Source of the DNA: Neoechinorhynchus agilis | Taxonomy: Eukaryota > Animalia > Acanthocephala | Reading direction: 5' to 3' | Length of the DNA: 64,000 bases | Assembly: GCA_051530055.1 (NCBI GenBank) | Contig: CM121342.1 | Location: forward strand, 5,579,489 to 5,643,488 | Shown here: piece after piece, positions 24,410 through 35,869 of the stretch | Layout: every line of letters starts with the position of its first letter | How positions within the stretch are numbered: the stretch's first letter is position 1 | Made by a program: the position numbers and the translations under genes | Notes under the pieces: generated by a model | Told to the model about the DNA's origin: nothing | Databases searched by the model: none | The model's input: only the letters and a program-made list of their open reading frames with translations

Positions 24410-25654
24410 TCATTGCTCGCATTCGTTTAATCTTATTCTTCGATCAGACTCGATCAGCGCCTTAAAAGCCAGTTGTTTAATCTTCTTACAATTGTCTGAA
24501 TTACATAAAATAGCGAGTGCGATTCCCTTCGTTCCATGATATGGAGCAATCAATAGAATGGACGTTCCTCCCAATGCTTGTCCAGTATGATAAAATACAG
24601 GATGTTTGAATCTACAGTCTATCATCCATCCTAATCCGTAATACTGCTCATGGTGCCTCATGCTCACTTCCTTCTTCCAAATCGCTTCCAATGAACTTTT
24701 CTTGATAAATCCAACATCGCTACCATTCCAAATTCGAAGGAGTTCAAGCCCGAAGCGTGCAAGATCCCGTGTCGTTGACAATATGCCACCGCCTCCAAAC
24801 TTATGGCTATTATCGATAACCTGTGATTTTCTTAGCTCACAGCAATGTTGTTCATCACACTCAAGAACGTACTGATCGGCGACTGGGCAATCCTGAACAC
24901 ATTTGTACTCATTCTCAAGACAAGTGTCCAGCATTCCAATCTGTTCAAACATTCGTCTATATAAAGCCTGAACACTCATGTGTTTGTTTACTCTGTGCTT
25001 CAATGCAGCGTCGACGACGAACGTTAACAGAGTGTATCCATGGGTTGTATACAAAAAACGAGGTACACTTCCATTGTGTTCAAATGGATCACAAGAGAAC
25101 ACGTTCACGGCTTCAGAGAGATTCTTGAAATGTTTGGTCTCTAAAAACTCGTCTGATTCATTGGTGGTACCTTTGGAAGGTCGTCGATAATGCCTGATTC
25201 CGGAGGTGTGAGAAGCCAGTCGTCGTAAGGTTAAGCATTTCATTTTGTCAGCCAAATCGGAATCCGTGCCATGTAGACAGTCTTCTAAACACGAATCCCA
25301 GCTCAAATCCGAGTTTTCTTCAATGAATCGGCTCATAACGACTGATGTGATCGACTTACTTATGCTGGCGATTCGAGAACTTGTTCGCTCATTAAAGGGC
25401 GTCAGACTTTCGATGTTGGCGTAACCGTGATTAACAACGATCGCTGGACAGTTCGGAGAGACGACAACGAGGGACATTCCTGGTATGGCATATTGAACGC
25501 AATATCGCTTTATACGCTTCTTTAGTTCTCGGTCTTTGTCCGTCGATACGTAGACCAAAGCAATCAAAGGTGAACGTGGAATGCGGGTAAACATCTGAGG
25601 TGATTTGTCGATTCGATTATGGCTTTGCGAGACGGATATGAATGAAAGATGCAA
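24410..25654 (-). CDS. LACTB: Serine beta-lactamase-like protein LACTB
   Basis: RIASISKS (SXXK), LASHTSGIRHY, FLYTTHGYTLL, GGGILSTTRDLARFG, YGLGW, YHTGQALGGTSILLI; first ATG at ~25594. Confidence 0.9.
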   Translation of the reverse strand: MHLSFISVSQSHNRIDKSPQMFTRIPRSPLIALVYVSTDKDRELKKRIKRYCVQYAIPGMSLVVVSPNCPAIVVNHGYANIESLTPFNERTSSRIASISKSITSVVMSRFIEENSDLSWDSCLEDCLHGTDSDLADKMKCLTLRRLASHTSGIRHYRRPSKGTTNESDEFLETKHFKNLSEAVNVFSCDPFEHNGSVPRFLYTTHGYTLLTFVVDAALKHRVNKHMSVQALYRRMFEQIGMLDTCLENEYKCVQDCPVADQYVLECDEQHCCELRKSQVIDNSHKFGGGGILSTTRDLARFGLELLRIWNGSDVGFIKKSSLEAIWKKEVSMRHHEQYYGLGWMIDCRFKHPVFYHTGQALGGTSILLIAPYHGTKGIALAILCNSDNCKKIKQLAFKALIESDRRIRLNECEQ

Positions 25655-26420
25655 TGCAGAAATGCGGAGAACGAGATTAAAGGTGTTTGGAGCGAATCTA
25701 GGAAGTTTTGAGATATTTTCATCGATTGTGAACTCGGGTGAATGGAAAGGAACTTAGAAGAAAATGGGGAAGACAAAGGGAAAACATGGTTAAGAAAGTT
25801 CGTACAAATTTGAATTCTTTATGGGACGCTGGAAAAAATATCGTCTCCGTTAATCCACTAAGAATGACTGAGGGACCAACTCAAAATGAAATCGAGGATG
25901 GAGTAGATATATGAAGGAGTCTGTGGGAAATGACAAGAGACGTGTCAGTGATAAAAGCAGCGATTCTACGAGCGCTGCCACCTTATAAGGAATCAAAAAC
26001 GATCCTATCATAATCGCAAACAAAAGGCGAATTTAACGACTACTTTTAACCGCCAAGGCAACCGATATGCGCTCTATAAAAGACGATTAGCTCCTTATTG
26101 TTTTAGAAATCCTGTACGTGTTACAAGTCCAAATGAAAAATTATCCCAAATCACTCATGGAGAATAGATTGCGATGGATATGTTGAATTTCTTTATTGAC
26201 TATATTTATCCAATATAAAGAAAAATCGCAGTTTACCCACCTATCTCCCAATTCGGCAGATCAGATCCCAGGAAGATTCCGAGGCGACCTATTCACTTTA
26301 GGAATCACGATATTTTCCGACCACCACTTTCATTAAAAGTATTTTAGTGGATTTGTTTCTGATTCGTGAAATCGGTGATAGTTAAAGTAGCAGCGTTTGT
26401 GATCATTGCCCTAATCCTTT

Positions 26421-27766
26421 TCAACAGAAAGGGATAAACGCTTTCCGCTTAGGCCAAAGGTACTTCATGAAATTCATTGAATCCAAAGTTAGTCTCCAAG
26501 ACGAACTCGCATGTCCTTTCACGTGCTTCCGATACTCATCGTTTTCACTAAGAAGTGCTTTTACCGTCTTTGCCTCGTCGCCATAAATAGTCAAGTCAGT
26601 TGAGAGTTTAATCTTGTAGCACTTTTTAAGCTGACGTTCCCAATGGGCATCATCGGACAGAAGAGCAGCGTATTCATCGCACTGCCCAGTGTTCAAAATA
26701 CGCCAATCCGCAAGCTTATCGTCATTATCAAGAAGATCCAGACATTCCATATCTTCGCTAGCTTGCTGCGCCAAGTCCTTCCACTTCTCGTTATCGTCGA
26801 TTCCTTGAGCAGAATACCGAAGGACGTATCCGTGCTCATTTAAAGGAGGCAAATAATCCGCTTGATAATTCTGTTCAATCGCTTCTAAATATTGTTTGTC
26901 TTTAAGAATGGCCGACTTATATTGGGATGTGAGCCGATTCATACACTCATCAATTGGTCGGTCGATGTAGATGGTGACATGAGGACGATGAAGGTCTTTA
27001 TCGACTGCGTCGTGGATTTGTTTAAAAGCGTCGTTCGTTTCCGATGATAAATAGTTACACGAGTGAAGAGCATTCGATATGACCGGATCGGATTTGAAGT
27101 TTCGGTTCATTACGACGCCTTGACCAGTACAATAGATGTGAAGCAAGGACATGCGGTGTTGATATAGCCGGGTCTTTAACATACAGTACTGAAATATCGC
27201 GGTCGAACGTAAAGGTTATCAAGTTCCATGCTCGTGAAGGGAGTGAAAATAATTTTAAGAATTGCAAAAACTCACTAGACCCCCTTCAAAAGCGTCGTTT
27301 CATGATTAAAAGCATTACGGGAACTTAGCAACCATCATAGATCAACATCCATAAGCCATTCGTTTAAGGTGATCAGTCGTCTGTCCGGTAAACAACATTG
27401 GTTCCACATGGCTCGATAGTCGAAAGTACCATCGAATTCATCGCTAAGCTTCTCTAAATGATTTGACACTTTTGGGAAACACATTCGATCAAGGTCAGGT
27501 GCAGGAACATACAAGAATCCAATGCGGTTAGCTAGATGCCGAGCGAATACGCTCTGGCCCGATCCAAAGTTTCCGTCAACGCTGATCAATAACGAATTAT
27601 CGTTCAGGTTTCCTAGCGTATTGTATACACTTCCCATGTACTTCTTGAAAACGTAACTAGTGTAATCGAATGGTTTTACGTCTGGATCAGGCTTATCGAC
27701 CAGAAAAAGGGAAAAACACTGCTTTGGGAATAGAACTAGGTTGCGATTGACACGAAGTATCAGCAT
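26421..27766 (-). CDS. NDUFA10: Complex I subunit A10 (deoxynucleoside-kinase fold), 2 exons
   Basis: LLISVDGNFGSGQSVFARHLA (degenerate P-loop); TGQGVVMNRNFKSD; LHRPHVTIYIDRP; MTS-like start MLILRVNRN; intron from 27346 to 27189 (canonical model). Confidence 0.85.
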
Positions 27767-27821
27767 TATCTTACAAAAAGAAAGCGTAAAGATAATATAA
27801 GGAGGGTTTTTAAACAATCGT

Positions 27822-30800
27822 CTATATTAATTTCTTCATTGTTCGATTTAGTCGAGATAACAACCAATCACACACACGATCAAGCGAAAAACAAAGCGCG
27901 GCGTCCAATGCAAGCGCCGATACAAATCGGGTTAAGAGATGCTGAGGAAATAAATCAACTTGGAAGTATCTAGATAGGTCCGGAATTGTGCCTGAAACCA
28001 TCATTAATACAATTGTGGCTGAACCAATCAGTGACGTCCTCAAGATTTTGTTTTCATGAAGAGATTGCATAAATGGATGGCCCTAAAGTACGAGTAAGAC
28101 AAAGAAGTCGAAAAATCATTCGATTGGTGATAAAGCGTTTGTTGAAAGCATCAAAAGCTTAAAACAGTTCACAAAAAAACGATGTTTAAATTCACATCTG
28201 TTGGCACGAGGCTGGATGATCAGGCCATCGCCGTCGCTGTGGGACTTCGGTTGGGCATCGAATTCTCAGGCTCATATACATGTCGATGCGGTGGGACAGT
28301 GAATAGGTCGGGAACTCACGGCCTTGACTGCAAGCGTTCAAATGCTCGCCGCGCACGGCACTCAGCAGTCAACCGCATAATCAAGGAAGCACTCTCAACG
28401 GCCGGTTTTTCCGCTCGACTCGAACCAGTCGGACTCTCCTGGAACGACGATAAACGCCCTGGTGGAGTCCTTCCATGGTGCTCCGGGAAAATACTGGTTT
28501 GGGATTTTACCTGCCCCAGCACGCTCGCAGCATCCCACTTACGGGATGCCACCTCAAAAGCGGGAGCAGCCGCCAGCTTCAGCGAGGAAAAGAAGCGGCA
28601 GAAGCGGCAGAAGTACTCCTCGCTCGATGGGCATCAATATATTTTCATCCCGATTGCGGTGGAAACACTGGGGTGCCTCGGAAAAGAAGATTATTTCCTC
28701 TCACGACTGGGAAAGATGCTAAAACATGCCCCTGTTGCAGCGAATAACATAACATTTGAAGACAACAAATTGTGATTATTAAAAATTTTAAATTATATTA
28801 GAAATTTAAGGATTCTTAAGCAACCAAATCGTTCGCCTATCTAGAAAACGAGATGTGTATAGCGAATTGAGGACACGTTTAAATTACGGCTTGCATGTTT
28901 TTTCACGAAAAGAACTCTGTAATTTGGTTGATTTTAGATTAAATTTGCAAGTTCCAATGAGTCAAAATGGGAAATAAACCCAGAATAATGCATAGGTCGA
29001 ATAAACTCACATGATGGTTCACTGCGAAATTGATGGTCTGTAGAAGCATGATAGCAGCGTACACTACGCTGTTGACCATATTAGGATAGAATTTCGCATC
29101 AAGATCAATCAATATATCAGTTCTAATCAAAGAATGTTTCCAATAAAACGCCAATAGAGAAAATATGCTGCTGACCTGTGAACAACGAACTTCTGTGCTG
29201 CTTTGTTTAGCCTGATGAGTGTGAACAAATGAACTATTGATTGTAGAAGAACAGTAGATATTGTGTAGAGATTAAATATATCCGGAATTGGACGTTGTTT
29301 TGACAGACGATCTAGAGGACGTGATCGAGAAACTCCGAAAAAGCAAACAGCTATGAAGGCGCCTTGAAGGGTTGCTTGAGCATCACTAAATTTGACTCCT
29401 TGAATGTACAACACACTGCGTCCATATGCAAGGATGAGTGCATTAAGTGCAAGGATCTTAAAAATCTGAAGAGTAGTCACGAGAGTACATCTTCCTTGCT
29501 TGACTATTTGGCACACGGCTTCAATGGAACTCTGTCGCGAAGTAAATGGAGCAGCAATACTTGCATCGCCAAGTTGGACAATTTGTGAGACGTCCAGCGA
29601 TACATCACCATAAAGTTTCTCATAAGTTCCATATTCAGATTCGGGAAATATTGCAACACCTACATGGGCGTTCTTAAGAGCACCAACGTCGTTTGTCCCA
29701 TCGCCGCACATCAGTGTATAGAAACCTTGCTGTTTTAAATCATTGATCAGTTTTCCCTAAATTTCTCGATATCGCAAAAAACCGAAATCATGCAACTTAA
29801 CTTTTTGTTGAGGTGAAAAGCGAGCGAACACCGAACAACACGCCAAGAGAGGCTCCACTATGGGACTATCAGTACCGATCGCATCGATAATATCACCAGT
29901 CAAACAGAAATCAAATCGAGAACAAAGTTCGTGTAAGCTTGACAGCACCGATGTTTCCGCTATCTCAAATTGTTCGCCGGTTTCAATACATCTTACAAGA
30001 AGAAGTCCATCTTTAAATCCATCGCAAATTATACAATTCTCGTGCTGATTGATACTCAGTTGCCTTGCAACGTGACAAGCGGTCATGGCATTATCACCGG
30101 TCACCATTTTTATCTAAAGTTGTTCTGATAAACAACGCAAACAATAAAGATCACATACATGAAGGGACGAGTGCCTTAGATCAGCGATGATATTTACGCT
30201 CTCCGGTTTTAGTGGACATGTGATGACAACGAGACCGCCAAATTCGAGTTCTTTTTCCAGTTCCAGTCGAGACAATTTATATAGATCCATTGGGGATCGA
30301 ATTTCTGGTAGCGGTTTATAACCCAAAGCAAGCAATCGGCGGCCACGTCTCGTCAGAATATTGACGGTTTCATCGTATCCCTCGGGCACGTGGGTATACT
30401 AGAATTTAGGTCGCAAATAGTGTAACTGAGGTGGATGTTAAAGATCACAATTAAATGAAATTACCGTCTTTTAGCTAAGAAGTATTTGAATCTTACAAAA
30501 GCGTTTCAATTTTCGTCAAGTCCGGCAAAAAAGTTTCTGCGTTCATTATAATTTCAAAATAGTAAGATGTGTTAACAGAGGGGGAGAAAACTCATCGATA
30601 CTCTTTGATAGATTTGCATATCAAGAATTGCTAATTCAAATTGTGAGGTCGAAGAAATAAGTTTTAAAAGTTAAAGGTATCTTCAGCTGCAGAAAATAGT
30701 TAAAACAAAGTTACTTTTGAATTAATCTGTGTTGTAAGTCCCCGTGTCGGATTCTTAACAACAAAAAGATAAAAATATTTAAATTATCGTATCCGAATTT

Positions 30801-33800
30801 AAATATAGTCGTCAAAAGCGAGGGTATCTGTCACCTTTCTTTGAAAGTAGTAAACTTTCGAACTCGTTTAAATGGGTCCGACCCGCAAGCACAACTACTC
30901 ACCATTTCTCTGAGAACTTCTGGAGCTCCCTTTGCGGCACAAAAGTAAACGACGTCATTGATTTTCCCAGTAGATTCGGTCAAACCTCGGTTGCTGCCTA
31001 CAACACACATTCTTCTCAGCTTTGAAGAGAAATGGTATCTCAATTCGATTCTCCATTTTTTAGCTGATCCGTACTTAGTCGATCTATCAGTTACCACGTC
31101 ATCTCTCATGAGATGCCAACCAATGGACTCTAGAGCGGTTTTCTCAAAAGGATCGCCAACTAACGCATCGGACGATTGTAGATTGACAAGCGAATGGCAG
31201 CAGGCCAGGACCGCGATTGATTGGGCATTATCACATTCCGAGATAGGTTTTATCTCATTGCTTTCCATAAATAGATTGACATCATCGACTATTCCTTCAA
31301 CTATTATCTTATCTGCAGTTAAAGTTCCAGTTTTGTCAAAACAACAGATATCCAATTTTCCAGCAAATGGAATCCTGTACGGTTCGGTACAAAATATTCC
31401 TAAAATGAGAAATAGTCTAACGTACAAACACAGCTCATCAATGAAGAATTTTTTTACTAAAATTCACTAGAAGGCAACATAAAACAAATGTTTAGGGTGC
31501 TTAAAATTGAGATAAAATATATAAGCCTCAAAAAAGTTGAGAATTTAAGCTCACCTATCCTGTATAAAGAGGTTAAACTAGAATTAACAGCATTACTTAG
31601 TTCAACCGAGAGCTCAGGAGGTATAACATCAGTAATGATCATCACGCATTCGAGAATAAGCTTATATCGACTAGTCTTTTCGATAATCTCACATCCTTTT
31701 TCCCACACATAAAATGCCGCAATTAGAGCGAATATAAGCAGGAAACAGATGAACATAAATGTTTCAAGGTTATTTGCACTTGGTCTATTAAAGTTATAAA
31801 GCATAGTCTTGAGTAGTTGACCTTGCGAAGATGCGAAACCAGTTCGAGTAACATAACATAGACAAGAAGAAGATCCAAATGATCCCTTGACGGTTATGTT
31901 CTTCAAATTCGATGCACCGGAACTAATTTGAACAACAGTACTGCCACCGTGAAGGATGTGGAGCTTGTGTTCAGCTTGAAGATCGGTTGTATCGTTCTCT
32001 AAGGCCTTGGTACACAAATCAACCGGTTCTTTAATTACAGGAGCCGACTCACCCGTAAGAAGACTTTCGTCCACAATACAAGAGCCCGCAAGCAAGACGA
32101 CGTCGCATGGAAGGACCATTGAACGTGATATGAGACAAATGTCGCCAGGGACAAGTTCTATAGTTAGATTTTCAAGTGAAGGTTAAACATCGCCAAATAG
32201 AACAAAAACGCCAAAGTGTAGTAAAAAAGAATGGGAAGAATACCGCTTATTGTTTACCAACAAAAACCATTAGCATATTTTTGGGCTTGTTAGATTTCGA
32301 ATAATAGAACATAGTCCTAGTAGAAGAAAAAGAATGAGAATACCGCTTATTGTTTACCAACAAAAACCATAAGCATATTTTTGTGCTTGTTAGATTTCGA
32401 ATAATAGAACATAGTCCTAGTAGAAGAAAAAGAATGAGAATACCGCTTATTGTTTACCAACAAAACCATAAGCATATTTTTGGGCTTGTTAGATTTCGAA
32501 TAATAGAACATAGTCCTAGTAGAAAAGAATGAGAATACCGCTTATTGTTTACCAACAAAAACCATTAGCATATTTTTGTGCTTGTTAGATTTCGAATAAT
32601 AGAACATAGTCCTAGTAGAAGAAAAAGAATGAGAATACCGCTTATTGTTTACCAACAAAAACCATTAGCATATTTTTGTGCTTGTTAGATTTCGAATAAT
32701 AGAACATAGTCCTAGTAGAAGAAAAAGAATGGGAATACCGCTTATTGTTTACCAACAAAAACCATTAGCATATTTTTGGGCTTGTTAGATTTCGAATAAT
32801 AGAACAGAGTCCTAGTAGAAGAAAAAGAATGAGAATACCGCTTATTGTTTACCAACAAAAACCATTAGCATATTTTTGTGCTTGTTAGATTTCGAATAAT
32901 AGAACATAGTCCTAGTAGAAGAAAAAGAATTAGAAGAAAAAGAATGAGAATACCGCTTATTGTTTACCAACAAAAACCATAAGCATATTTTTGGGCTTGT
33001 TAGATTTTGACAAATCGAACAGAGTCCTAGTAGAAGAAAAAGAATGAGAATACCGCTTATTGTTTACCAACAAAAACCATTAGCATATTTTTGTGCTTGT
33101 TAGATTTCGAATAATAGAACATAGTCCTAGTAGAAGAAAAAGAATGAGAATACCGCTTATTGTTTACCAACAAAAACCATTAGCATATTTTTGTGCTTGT
33201 TAGATTTCGAATAATAGAACATAGTCCTAGTAGAAGAAAAAGAATGAGAAGAATACCGCTTATTGTTTACCAACAAAAACCATAGGCATATTTTTGTGCT
33301 TGTTAGATTTCGAACAATAGAACATAGTCCTAGTAGAAGAAAAAGAATGAGAAGAATACCGCTTATTGTTTACCAACAAAAACCATAAGCATATTTTTGT
33401 GCTTGTTAGATTTCGAATAATAGAACATAGTCCTAGTAGAAGAAAAAGAATGAGAAGAATACCGCTTATTGTTTACCAACAAAAACCATAAGCATATTTT
33501 TGTGCTTGTTAGATTTCGAACAATAGAACATAGTCCTAGTAGAAGAAAAAGAATGAGAATACCGCTTATTGTTTACCAACAAAAACCATTAGCATATTTT
33601 TGTGCTTGTTAGATTTCGAGCAATAGAACATAGTCCTAGTAGAAGAAAAAGAATGAGAAGAATACCGCTTATTGTTTACCAACAAAAACCATAGGCATAT
33701 TTTTGTGCTTGTTAGATTTCGAATAATAGAACATAGTCCTAGTAGAAGAAAAAGAATGAGAAGAATACCGCTTATTGTTTACCAACAAAAACCATAAGCA

Positions 33801-35557
33801 TATTTTTGTGCTTGTTAGATTTCGAACAATAGAACATAGTCCTAGTAGAAGAAAAAGAATGAGAATACCGCTTATTGTTTACCAACAAAAACCATAAGCA
33901 TATTTTTGTGCTTGTTAGATTTCGAATAATAGAACATAGTCCTAGTAGAAGAAAAAGAATGAGAATACCGCTTATTGTTTACCAACAAAAACCATAAGCA
34001 TATTTTTGTGCTTGTTAGATTTCGAACAATAGAACATAGTCCTAGTAGAAGAAAAAGAATGAGAAGAATACCGCTTATTGTTTACCAACAAAAACCATAA
34101 GCATATTTTTGTGCTTGTTAGATTTCGAATAATAGAACATAGTCCTAGTAGAAGAAAAAGAATGAGAATACCGCTTATTGTTTACCAACAAAAACCATAA
34201 GCATATTTTTGTGCTTGTTAGATTTCGAACAATAGAACATAGTCCTAGTAGAAGAAAAAGAATGAGAATACCGCTTATTGTTTACCAACAAAAACCATTA
34301 GCATATTTTTGTGCTTGTTAGATTTCGAATAATAGAACATAGTCCTAGTAGAAGAAAAAGAATGAGAATACCGCTTATTGTTTACCAACAAAAACCATAA
34401 GCATATTTTTGTGCTTGTTAGATTTCGAACAATAGAACATAGTCCTAGTAGAAGAAAAAGAATGAGAATACCACTTATTGTTTACCAACAAAAACCATTA
34501 GCATATTTTTGTGCTGGTTAGATTTCGAGCAATAGAACATAGTCCTAGTAGAAGAAAAAGAATGAGAATACCGCTTATTGTTTACCAACAAAAACCATAA
34601 GCATATTATTGTGCTGGTTAGATTTCGAGCAATAGAACAGTGCTGATAGAGAAAGAAGAAGACGAATAGGACCAATTGTCAAGTTTACGTGTTAGATATG
34701 TGTAAAAGGAATCGATTATGACTGACACTTAAGAAGCGGCACCACATAATTAAGTGGTATTTTCGGCAAAATTCCTGCGCAACCAAATGAAAATCTAAGA
34801 TTAAGCTTGAGACTTTTCTCCACTTTCGGTCTCTATAAACGAGTAAAATGAACGGTTTGTTTCCCATTGATCTAATTTGAGACATGTTTCTCTTTTGTTC
34901 GACGACAAGAATACTTTCAAAAACGATAAGTAGACTGAGCGTTAGAAGGCCATAGTACCAATAATCGTTAAGACAGCTTAAGATGACGCAGAATATTTGA
35001 AAAACGAATAAAGGAGCCTGTGCTCTTTCCCTAAGGAGAGTTAGGAAAGTGGGTATTTCGACATCCATTTGGTTCGGTCCATAGATTTGCCTCTTCGATT
35101 CCAATTCTTGAATGTTTAAACTAGAAGCATTGAGATACTGTTGGCCTGTCATTGTATCGGGATATTGAACAGGTCGAAACTCGCCACACTGAAGAGTGTA
35201 TTTAAGTTTATGATATATAAAGAAAGTGAGATTGTTTGATCGGGTGATTGGACATAATTCAATAGGATCACTAGAATCGATTGGATGCACCAGAACGCTA
35301 TCGGCCTCGTCTACTTTCTTAACTCGATTATAATTGCACATCAGATCGAATTGAATGAACCAAATCGTAAATAAATGACTGAGTAAGATTAAAATAAGAG
35401 CGATTATAACCACAATCGTTGATGATGCACTCAGACTCATGTACCATTGAAAACTTGAACCAATCGATATTAATGATGTCACTATGAAGTGAACAGGAAT
35501 CGATCGATGACGAACATATTCAATATTGGAGACGTCGGCCGATAGAACAGGTTGCAT
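27822..35557 (-). CDS. ATP13A1: P5A-type ATPase (ATP13A1/Spf1), ~7 exons
   Basis: [127 protein letters not shown]; most junctions GT-AG, first junction unresolved. Confidence 0.95.
28182..28775 (+). mobile_element. 3' fragment of an RLE-type non-LTR retrotransposon (CRE-like), antisense in the last ATP13A1 intron
   Basis: Zn knuckle CRCG...HGLDC; RHSAVN; KRP(G)[15 protein letters not shown]; AGAAA..EEKK..KY; [10 protein letters not shown]; catalytic PD appears mutated to PG. Confidence 0.8.
32225..34640. repeat. Tandem satellite, 100-bp unit (103-bp variants), ~24 copies, in ATP13A1 intron 1
   Basis: taccgcttattgtttaccaacaaaaacc at 32241, 32341, 32441, 32536, 32636, ... Confidence 0.97.
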
Positions 35558-35869
35558 TTCTTATGCGAACCCGATATTGTCCGTGTAAACTATTTCTCCT
35601 TTAGATTCTTTCCGAGAGAAAAAATGTAGTGAAGATGCGTTGATGAGGCCAACACAGGCTAACTTGGGAGATCAATCTCACATAGTGCAAACAATATTCC
35701 ACCCATCGGAACGAAGACTGTCTAACCCGACCGGGCATATTCTCATCCGAATGGTCTAATTCCTTAAACACAAAAAAAACACGTTATTATTATGAAACGG
35801 ACGAAATATTGGTAATTAATAAGATTGATCTCTATTTTTCTCAATCACCAAACAGATTATGAGTTTGTT

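Noticed and set aside
24410-25654. Beta-lactamase-like intronless ORF as a possible bacterial horizontal transfer
   Set aside because: Motifs match the vertically inherited mitochondrial LACTB family of animals.
5446-27766. Three mitochondrial-protein genes (NDUFA6, LACTB, NDUFA10) within 22 kb as a functional cluster
   Set aside because: Interspersed with unrelated genes; plausible by chance in a gene-dense genome.
32225-34640. Regular repeat array superficially like a CRISPR array
   Set aside because: Contiguous 100-bp units with no unique spacers, eukaryotic intronic context, no cas genes.
35640-35665. ttgatgaggccaacacaggctaac resembling a hammerhead core
   Set aside because: Both C3 and the GAAA strand are missing; too degenerate.
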